Under the pieces are notes generated by a model, which saw only the letters and a list, made by a program, of their open reading frames with translations, ran no database searches and was not told the DNA's origin. Below are positions 26,259 through 32,444 of a stretch of DNA of 32,444 nt, piece after piece. How positions within the stretch are numbered: position 1 is the stretch's first letter; every line of letters begins with the position of its first letter. The translations under genes were made by a program, and so were the position numbers. Source of the DNA: a virus (Duplodnaviria > Caudoviricetes); IMG/VR virus record IMGVR_UViG_3300028586_000058, positions 1 through 32,444 of that record; one strand, 5' to 3'.

Positions 26259-26467
26259 TGGCGACCGTTCGCGCAACCCAGGGCGATACCGTCGACGCGC
26301 TGTGCTGGCGTCACTTCGGCCGCACGGCCGGCCTGGTGGAACTGGTCTACGAATTGAACCCCGGCCTCGCCGATCGCGGGCCGGTCCTGCCTAGCGGGCT
26401 GGAAGTGACGATGCCGGAACAGCCGGCGAAAAAACCCAACGCCCCGCTCCTGCAGCTGTGGGACTGA
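26258..26467 (+). CDS. gpX: Tail protein X (P2 gpX)
   Basis: QGDTVDALCWRH.GRT.G..E.V...NPGLA..GP.LP.G..QLWD. Confidence 0.95.
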   Translation: MATVRATQGDTVDALCWRHFGRTAGLVELVYELNPGLADRGPVLPSGLEVTMPEQPAKKPNAPLLQLWD

Positions 26468-26483
26468 ACCCAAGGAACCCATC

Positions 26484-26831
26484 ATGGCAGAACCTAGCAC
26501 CACCACCACGGCGATCGTGTCGGCCGGCATCGGCCTGGCGAGCCTCGCCCCAGGCATCGACGGCAACGCGCTGATCGGGGCATTCGCCGGCGCCGCGCTA
26601 CTCGTTGTCAGCTCCAAGGACCTGACCCTGGGGAAGCGCTTCGCCTACCTGGTCATTTCCTTCATCGCCGGCTACCTGGCCGCGCCCGACCTGGTGCGCG
26701 TGACGCCCATCCAGTCCACCGGCGTGGCCGCGTTCTTCGCCGCGGCATCGGCGATCGGCGTCACCCTGCAGCTGCTCGAGCGCCTGAAAACCGCCGACCT
26801 GTTCGCGTTCTTCAAGAAAGGCAAGCCATGA
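26484..26831 (+). CDS. Putative holin/antiholin
   Basis: MAEP start, multiple TM segments, basic C-terminus; first gene of the lysis cassette. Confidence 0.75.
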   Translation: MAEPSTTTTAIVSAGIGLASLAPGIDGNALIGAFAGAALLVVSSKDLTLGKRFAYLVISFIAGYLAAPDLVRVTPIQSTGVAAFFAAASAIGVTLQLLERLKTADLFAFFKKGKP

Positions 26832-27094
26832 CGTACACCTTCGCCGTGATCGCCTGCCTGGCCTACTCGATCACCGCCCTGCAGCTGCTCCTGTACCGCA
26901 AGGAGGGCGCGCGCCACCGCCGGCACGTTTCCTGGCTGGCCTGGGGGCTGCTGGTAGTCCTGGCCGGCTCGGCCGTCGAGCTGGCCGTCGACGGCCACCC
27001 CATCGGATTTTTTGAGGCAGCGCGCGCCGTGCTGCTGTCCCTGTTCGTTTTCGGCGCCCGCGGCAACGTGGCGCGCCTCTTGCGGAGTGAATGA
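26828..27094 (+). CDS. Putative holin
   Basis: Three hydrophobic segments, YR..GARHR and ARGNVARL motifs; immediately before the endolysin. Confidence 0.78.
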   Translation: MTYTFAVIACLAYSITALQLLLYRKEGARHRRHVSWLAWGLLVVLAGSAVELAVDGHPIGFFEAARAVLLSLFVFGARGNVARLLRSE

Positions 27095-27903
27095 CCATGA
27101 CCCTACTGTGTAAATTCGGCGACAAGGGCGACGGCGTAGCCGTGCTGCAAAAGCGCCTGAACCGCGCCGGCTACCAGGTCCCGGTGACCCATGAATTTGA
27201 CGTGACGACCGAGCGCGCCCTGATGGCCGCGCAAAGCGTGTTCGGCCTGGTAGTCGATGGGATCGCCGGCCCGAAGACCTTCGCGGCCCTGGCCGGTGTC
27301 GTGCCTCCCCACTACCTGGGCGCCGCCGACCTCGAGCGCGCAGCGGCCGCCCTGGGCGTGTCCCTGGCCGCCGTGCGCGCGGTCAATGAGGTGGAATCGC
27401 GCGGCCACGGTTTCCTGCACGATGGCCGGCCGGTGATCCTGTTTGAACGGCACGTGTTCTGGAAGCGCCTCGAGGCGCACGGCATTGATCCTGTGCCGCT
27501 GGCGGCGCAGTACCCAGGCCTAGTGTCGAGGGACGCCGGCGGCTACCAGGGCGGCGGCGCCGAGTACATGCGCTTGGCCTCGGCACTGGCGTTGCATCGC
27601 GCGGCCGCGCATGAGGCCTGCAGCTGGGGTGCGTTCCAGATCATGGGCTACCACTGGAAGGCCCTCGAGTACGCCAGCATCGAAGACTTCGTCGGCCGCA
27701 TGAAGCTGAGCGAAGCCGAACACCTGGACGCGTTCGTCCGGTTCGTGAGGGCCGACAAGCGCCTGGTAGCCGCGCTCAAGGATCGCAAGTGGTCCACGTT
27801 CGCCAGGCTGTACAACGGGCCGGCCTACGCCCGCAACCTGTACGACGCCAAGCTGGCCCAGGCGTTCGCCAAGTACGACGCGATCGACCAGGTGGCGGCA
27901 TGA
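27091..27903 (+). CDS. Modular endolysin (PG-binding domain plus DUF3380-type muramidase)
   Basis: LVVDGIAGPKT PG-binding motif; AV.EVESRG.GF, ILFERH.F, SWG.FQIMG, FA..YNGP.Y..N.YD.KL. Confidence 0.92.
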   Translation: MTMTLLCKFGDKGDGVAVLQKRLNRAGYQVPVTHEFDVTTERALMAAQSVFGLVVDGIAGPKTFAALAGVVPPHYLGAADLERAAAALGVSLAAVRAVNEVESRGHGFLHDGRPVILFERHVFWKRLEAHGIDPVPLAAQYPGLVSRDAGGYQGGGAEYMRLASALALHRAAAHEACSWGAFQIMGYHWKALEYASIEDFVGRMKLSEAEHLDAFVRFVRADKRLVAALKDRKWSTFARLYNGPAYARNLYDAKLAQAFAKYDAIDQVAA

Positions 27904-28331
27904 AGATGGGGACCATCATCGGCGCTGCCCTGGTGGCCGGCCTGCTCGCCCTGGTCGCCGGCTTCTACATCGCCTCGCTTCGCTCCGAGCTGGAAAGCGT
28001 CAACACCCGCCTCGGCCAGGCCGAGAAGGGCATCAGCGCACGCGACGGGGTCATCACGCAGCTGCGCGAAAAGCAGGCCGCCCAAGCCCTGCTGCAGGCC
28101 CGCCTCGAGGGCGAGCGCAGCGGCATCCAATCGGTACTGGCAACCCGAGAAACCCTGATAAGGAAACTGGAAATTGAAAACGCTGAATATCGTGCATGGG
28201 CTGCTGGCCCTCTCCCTGGGAGTGTTAGCCGGCTGCGCGAGCACCCCGAACTTGTCGGCGCCGCCGCTTATCGTGAACGAATGTCCCAGGGTGCAGCGCT
28301 GCCGGCTGCCGGCAGTGTCAACGGTAAATAA
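27900..28331 (+). CDS. lysB: i-spanin (Rz/LysB-like)
   Basis: N-terminal TM anchor, coiled coil, EN...R.WA...LP..V.RL motif; ATGA overlap with endolysin. Confidence 0.88.
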   Translation: MKMGTIIGAALVAGLLALVAGFYIASLRSELESVNTRLGQAEKGISARDGVITQLREKQAAQALLQARLEGERSGIQSVLATRETLIRKLEIENAEYRAWAAGPLPGSVSRLREHPELVGAAAYRERMSQGAALPAAGSVNGK

Positions 28332-28440
28332 CGGAGATCTCCACCTCGCGCTCGAGCGCGCCGAGGCGGCTTGGGCCACTTGTGCGGCCGTGGTCGACAT
28401 GGTCTACGAATGCCAGGCAAAGGCGGAAAGCCATGATTAA
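28174..28440 (+). CDS. lysC: o-spanin lipoprotein (Rz1/LysC-like)
   Basis: Overlaps Rz in another frame; TTG start; lipobox LAGC; CP.V..C.LP, NGDL, W..CAA.VD....CQ. Confidence 0.85.
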   Translation: MKTLNIVHGLLALSLGVLAGCASTPNLSAPPLIVNECPRVQRCRLPAVSTVNNGDLHLALERAEAAWATCAAVVDMVYECQAKAESHD

Positions 28441-28864
28441 GCCGGCCAGCCTGCGCGCGGCGATCGCCGCGGCCGTGCCCGACCTGGCGGCCAATCCTGA
28501 CAAGTTCCTGGTGTTCGCCGACGCCGGCGCGCTGGCCTCTGTTGCTACTGGTTCGCTATCGTTTGAATATCGTTATACCCTCAACTTGATATTAACGGAC
28601 TTCGCGGACGACGCCGACCTGGTGATGATCGCCCTGCTGGGATGGGTCCAGCGCAACCAGCCCGACCTGCTCAACAACCTGGCCACGCGCTCGAGCGCGA
28701 TCACCTTCGAGGTGGACCACCTGAACAATGCGACCTGCGACCTGTCGATCAAGCTCCCGCTTACCGAGTCGGTGCGGGTCACGATCGGCACGGACCGAAA
28801 GCCGGTGGCCACCCACAAGCAGGAGCCGGTACCGGAATGGGAAACCACCGGCCTGGGCGGTTAA
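28433..28864 (+). CDS. gpR: Tail completion protein R (P2 gpR)
   Basis: KP.SLR, NPDK...F.D.G, SLSFEYRYTL, W...NQPD, DLSI.L.LTE.V. Confidence 0.94.
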   Translation: MIKPASLRAAIAAAVPDLAANPDKFLVFADAGALASVATGSLSFEYRYTLNLILTDFADDADLVMIALLGWVQRNQPDLLNNLATRSSAITFEVDHLNNATCDLSIKLPLTESVRVTIGTDRKPVATHKQEPVPEWETTGLGG

Positions 28865-29332
28865 ATGGACGACCTGAGCGCGATCGAGGACTGGGCGGGC
28901 GCCCTGCTGGCTGGACTGTCGCCGGCGGCGCGCCGCACCGCGGCTACCGATATCGGCCGCGAGTTGCGCCGATCGCAGCAGAAGCGGATCCGCGAACAAC
29001 GCAATCCGGACGGCACCACGTTTGAAAGGCGCAAGCCGCGCCTGGAAATGGAGAACGGCCGGCTGCGAGAGAAGCAGGGCCGCATCAAGAAACAGATGTT
29101 CACGAAGCTGCGGACAGCTCGCTTTTTCAAGGTCAAGGGCGACGGCGCCGGCGTGACACTCGGCTTTTCCGGCCGGATCGCGCGCCTAGCCCGGGTCCAC
29201 CAGGAGGGCGAAGCCGCCAAGGTTGCCCCAGGCGGTCCGTCCTACCAGTACCCGGTTCGCCAGCTGCTGGGCCTGACTGCAGCCGACCGCGAAATGATCC
29301 GCGACAAGCTGCTCGAGCACCTGACCAGGTGA
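28865..29332 (+). CDS. gpS: Tail completion/virion morphogenesis protein S (P2 gpS)
   Basis: LSPAARR, LRRSQQ.RI..Q.NPDG....RK, MF.KLR, ARVHQ.G, YP.R.LLG. Confidence 0.94.
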   Translation: MDDLSAIEDWAGALLAGLSPAARRTAATDIGRELRRSQQKRIREQRNPDGTTFERRKPRLEMENGRLREKQGRIKKQMFTKLRTARFFKVKGDGAGVTLGFSGRIARLARVHQEGEAAKVAPGGPSYQYPVRQLLGLTAADREMIRDKLLEHLTR

Positions 29333-29344
29333 CGCCGGCGGCTA

Positions 29345-29482
29345 TCACGCTGCCGGCACCGCCAGGCTTTCGGCCACAGCGGCTTGCTGCATCGGTACAG
29401 GCGGGACAACGACCAACTGGCCGTCGACCACGCATGCCACCAGCTCGGCCGGCTGGCCTGGAACGAGAACATGCAGTTCCAT
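29345..29482 (-). CDS. Unannotated 45-aa ORF translationally coupled to the methyltransferase
   Basis: ATG overlaps the MTase stop (TGATG); MELHVLVPGQPAELVACVVDGQLVVVPPVPMQQAAVAESLAVPAA, ending in tandem TGA TAG. Confidence 0.45.
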   Translation of the reverse strand: MELHVLVPGQPAELVACVVDGQLVVVPPVPMQQAAVAESLAVPAA

Positions 29483-30279
29483 CACTGCACCGTTGCCGAG
29501 TCCTGGCCGGCTGTTTCCTCGAGCTGCTGCAGCGTCGCCGCCAGGCGCGCCGAAGCGTCAGCGAAAATTGCCGGGTTCAACTCGCAACCAGCCCAATTAA
29601 GGCCGGCTTCCTTCGCCGCGACCAGGAACGTGGCCGAACCGCTGAACAGGTCGAGCACGGTCCCGCCGGCGGGCACCAGGCGCACAATCTCCCGCGCCAT
29701 CTCGAGCGGCTTTTCCGTCATGTGGCGTTTCGGGAACTGCAGCCGGCTCTGAAAAACACCAGGTAGATAGACGTCGCACGCCGGCAGCTTGCCCTTGCAC
29801 GCCCACACGATGAATTCAGCCTGTTGCTTGAACCCGCCATTGCGTGGCCGCGCGCGGCCCGTTGTCTTGTCCCACACCGCAATGCCCTGCAGCCGGAAGC
29901 CGGCCGCCTGGATCACGTCCGTGAGCGCCGGCAGCTGCCGCCAGTCGATGAAGCACACCACTATGCCGCCCGGTTTCAGCGCGCGGAAGGCGCCGGCCAG
30001 CCAGCCTTGGCACCAGAACTGCCACGAGCGCTGGTCCATGTTGTCGAAGTCGAATTCGGCGTAGGCCTCGCGCGTGCCGGCATTGATGTACTTCGTACCC
30101 GGCGCCTGCGATCGCGCGCCGATGTGCAGGCCGCCCGAACAGTAGGGCGGGTCCGTCAGCAGCATGTCGATCGAGTTCGGCGGCAGCTGGCGAACGAAGT
30201 CGCTCGCGTCAACCTGGTGGAGTCGGTTCAACCAGGCCGGCGCCGGCTGGTCATGGGTACTGGTGGCTGTCTGTTGCAT
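29482..30279 (-). CDS. Orphan beta-class N6-adenine/N4-cytosine DNA methyltransferase
   Basis: Motif IV TDPPY N-terminal, H.TEKP, motif I VLDLFSGSAT C-terminal; ATG 30279 after AGGA; no cognate endonuclease seen. Confidence 0.9.
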   Translation of the reverse strand: MQQTATSTHDQPAPAWLNRLHQVDASDFVRQLPPNSIDMLLTDPPYCSGGLHIGARSQAPGTKYINAGTREAYAEFDFDNMDQRSWQFWCQGWLAGAFRALKPGGIVVCFIDWRQLPALTDVIQAAGFRLQGIAVWDKTTGRARPRNGGFKQQAEFIVWACKGKLPACDVYLPGVFQSRLQFPKRHMTEKPLEMAREIVRLVPAGGTVLDLFSGSATFLVAAKEAGLNWAGCELNPAIFADASARLAATLQQLEETAGQDSATVQ

Positions 30280-30362
30280 TCTTTTTTCCTGGTGATGAAG
30301 CGCGCGACCTGCGCGGATGTAGCCATTTTCGGTACTCCCGAGCAATAGGGCACGGCCGAGAA

Positions 30363-30385
30363 GGTGTACCCGCTGCCGGTACACC
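30363..30385. promoter_or_regulatory. Ogr-type activator box of pV (and divergent MTase promoter)
   Basis: GGTGTACC-CGCTGCC-GGTACACC; -10-like CACCAT at 30418-30423 (+) and GAAAAT at 30325-30330 (-), both 44-49 bp from the box centre. Confidence 0.85.
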
Positions 30386-30429
30386 CTCGCCTTGCTGACT
30401 CACGCACGCGCGTGGCCCACCATGAATGG

Positions 30430-31074
30430 ATGAGCACTACTGACCTTAATCGCCTGCTGTTGAACCTCATACGCAAGGGGACCGTTATCGCCGTCGATCA
30501 CGACGCCGAGCTGTGCCGCGTCGAGTGCGGCGAGCTGCAAACGAACTGGATCCACTGGCTGTCCCTGGCCGCCGGCGAAACCCGCGACTGGAACCCGCCG
30601 ACCGTGGGCGAGCAAGTACTCGTCCTGGCACCAGGCGGCGAAATGGCCGATGGCGTCGCCCTGCGCGGCATCAGCAGCCAGGACAACCCGGCGCCGAGCC
30701 ACAAGCCGAGCGCCCACACCCGCGTCTATCCGGACGGCGCCCTGGTCGAGTACGACCACGAAGCGCACGCCCTGGTGGCCAAGCTCCCGGCCGGCGCAAC
30801 TGTCTTCCTCGAGGCCCCGGGGTCTGTGACCGTCAAGACTGACACCGCGACCGTGGAAGCCAACCAGGTGACGGTCAAGGCCGACAGCATCACCCTGGAC
30901 GCCCCCACGACCACCTGCACCGGCGCGCTGTCGGTGAAGGGCGGGATCTCGGGCGGCGCCGGCGCCAAGGTTGCCGGCAGCGTGGAAGCCGACGTCGACG
31001 TGAAGGCCGGCGGCATCAGCCTGAGCAAACACACGCACCAGGAAACTGGAAGCAAGACCGGAGCACCGCAATGA
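30430..31074 (+). CDS. gpV: Baseplate spike protein V (P2 gpV)
   Basis: R.L.NLIR.GTV..VD, T.W..W....AG..R.W.PP.VGEQV, YPDGA..EYD, C-terminal H.H iron-binding motif. Confidence 0.95.
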   Translation: MSTTDLNRLLLNLIRKGTVIAVDHDAELCRVECGELQTNWIHWLSLAAGETRDWNPPTVGEQVLVLAPGGEMADGVALRGISSQDNPAPSHKPSAHTRVYPDGALVEYDHEAHALVAKLPAGATVFLEAPGSVTVKTDTATVEANQVTVKADSITLDAPTTTCTGALSVKGGISGGAGAKVAGSVEADVDVKAGGISLSKHTHQETGSKTGAPQ

Positions 31075-31424
31075 TCGGAATGAACGCAAACACCGGCCGC
31101 GCAATCGGCGGCCTGGACCACCTCTACCAGTCGATCGGGCAAATCCTGACGACGCCCCGCGGCTCGCGCCTGCAGCGCCGCGGCTTTGGCTCCCCGCTGC
31201 TCGAGCTGGTGGACGCCCCCAACAACATGGCAACCCGCCTGCGCGTGTATGCCGGCATCGCCACGGCCCTGATGCGCCAGGAGCCACGCCTGCAGCTGCG
31301 CCGTGTCGGCCTGTCCGAGATCACCAGCTCGGGATCCGCAGTGTTCGACATCGAGGGCGTGGCCGACGCCACCGGCGAGGCGATCGCCACCCGCGTGCCG
31401 GTTTCCGCTCGAGGCCTGGCATGA
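31071..31424 (+). CDS. gpW: Baseplate wedge protein W (P2 gpW, gp25-like)
   Basis: GMN..TGR....DH..QSI..ILTTP.GSR..RR.FGS.L..L.D.P, EPR. Confidence 0.94.
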   Translation: MIGMNANTGRAIGGLDHLYQSIGQILTTPRGSRLQRRGFGSPLLELVDAPNNMATRLRVYAGIATALMRQEPRLQLRRVGLSEITSSGSAVFDIEGVADATGEAIATRVPVSARGLA

Positions 31425-32329
31425 GCACGATCAACCTCAACGCGCTGCCCGCACCGGACGTGGTGCAAGTGATCGACTTTGAAACCCTGTACGCCGAACG
31501 CAAGGCGCGCCTGGTGTCGCTGTACCCAGCCGCGCAGCAGGCCGAGGTCGCGCGCACCCTGGCCCTGGATTCCGAGCCAATGGCAAAGCTGCTGCAGGAG
31601 AACGCCTACCGCGAGATGGAACTGCGCCAGCGCGTGAACGAAGCCACCCGGGCGGTGATGCTCGCGTTTGCCACCGGCGCCGACCTGGACCAGCTGGCCG
31701 CGCGCTACAACCTGGTGCGCCTGGTGATCGCGCCGGCCGACGACACGACGATGCCGCCGACCCCGGCCGTGCTGGAAAGCGACGCCGCGCTGCGCGAGCG
31801 CGCATTGCTGGCCTACGAAGGCCTGTCGGTGGCCGGCCCTCGAAACTCCTACATCAAGCACGCCCGCGACGCTGACGGCCGCGTGGCCGACGCAAGCGCA
31901 ATTTCGCCGGCGCCGTGCGAGGCGGTCATCACGGTCCTGTCCACGATCGGCGACGGCACCGCGCCGGCCGACCTGCTGGCCGCCGTCGACGCCGCCCTGA
32001 GCGACGAGGACGTGCGGCCGGTGGGCGACCTGGTGCGCGTGCAAAGCGCCGCGATCACCAGGTACGAAATCCGCGCGACCCTGTTCCTGGAACAAGGCCC
32101 GGAATCCGAACCGATCCTGGCGGCCGCGCGCGCCCGGGCCGAGGCCTACCGCAACACCGCGCGCCGGATCGGCCGCGACGTGAACCGCTCGGCGATCATC
32201 GCCGCGCTGCACGTCGAGGGCGTGACCAAGGTTGTGCTCGAGCTGCCGGCCGTCGACCTGGTACTGGACGACACCCAGGCTTCGTACTGCACCGGCGTGA
32301 CCATCACCAACGGAGGCGCCGGTGGATAA
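31421..32329 (+). CDS. gpJ: Baseplate protein J (P2 gpJ)
   Basis: LPAPDVV...DFET, SEP..KLLQENAYRE..LRQRVNEA, EGLSVAGP, VRPV.D.V.VQSA. Confidence 0.96.
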   Translation: MSTINLNALPAPDVVQVIDFETLYAERKARLVSLYPAAQQAEVARTLALDSEPMAKLLQENAYREMELRQRVNEATRAVMLAFATGADLDQLAARYNLVRLVIAPADDTTMPPTPAVLESDAALRERALLAYEGLSVAGPRNSYIKHARDADGRVADASAISPAPCEAVITVLSTIGDGTAPADLLAAVDAALSDEDVRPVGDLVRVQSAAITRYEIRATLFLEQGPESEPILAAARARAEAYRNTARRIGRDVNRSAIIAALHVEGVTKVVLELPAVDLVLDDTQASYCTGVTITNGGAGG

Positions 32330-32444
32330 CCTGCTGCCGCCCAATGCGACCCCGCTCGAGCGCCGCCTGGCCGAGGTGGGCGCGACGATCGCCGGCGTGC
32401 CGGTCCCGGTGCGCGACGTGTGGAACCCCGACACCTGCCCGGTG
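32307..32444 (+). repeat. Terminal direct overlap, right copy
   Basis: Duplicate of 1-138 with one mismatch. Confidence 0.95.

Larger units (their letters stand above)
1..32306. mobile_element. Complete P2-like temperate phage genome, probably maintained as a plasmid prophage (phage-plasmid)
   Basis: Full P2-type head, tail and lysis gene set in P2 synteny; terminal 138-bp overlap closes the circle across the gpJ/gpI junction; Rep, ParA and resolvase present; no integrase found. Confidence 0.9.

Noticed and set aside
32307-32444. Biological direct terminal repeat
   Set aside because: It cuts through the gpJ/gpI coding junction, and P2-type terminases make cos ends; best explained as assembly overlap

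Overview
The window is an apparently complete, circularly permuted genome (unit length about 32,306 bp; bases 1-138 recur at 32307-32444) of a GC-rich P2-like temperate myophage (Peduoviridae-type). The gene arrangement resembles Burkholderia/Ralstonia P2-like phages, so a betaproteobacterial host is inferred but not proven. All P2 virion modules are present: Q-P / O-N-M-L-X, lysis, R-S, V-W-J-I-H-G, FI-FII-E/E'-T-U-D. I find no tyrosine integrase, no cox/apl and no P2 gpA. Instead it carries a plasmid-maintenance kit: a pBBR1-type Rep with an upstream oriV (18-bp inverted repeats at 22-bp spacing, DnaA-box-like cluster), ParA plus a small partner with palindromic TTGATATCAA sites, and a serine resolvase with a res-like site. 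A separate primase-helicase and a candidate IHF-flanked ATCCCC-repeat origin suggest a second, lytic replicon, i.e. a dual-replicon phage-plasmid. Regulatory oddities: the CI-like repressor has lost both S24 catalytic residues, while a consensus LexA box sits upstream of the ogr-primase operon. Three Ogr-type boxes (TGT-N13-ACA) define late promoters; one points at an unannotated 32-codon ORF antisense to the tail operon and another at a DNA methyltransferase. Family assignments come from remembered motifs and synteny, not from database searches.
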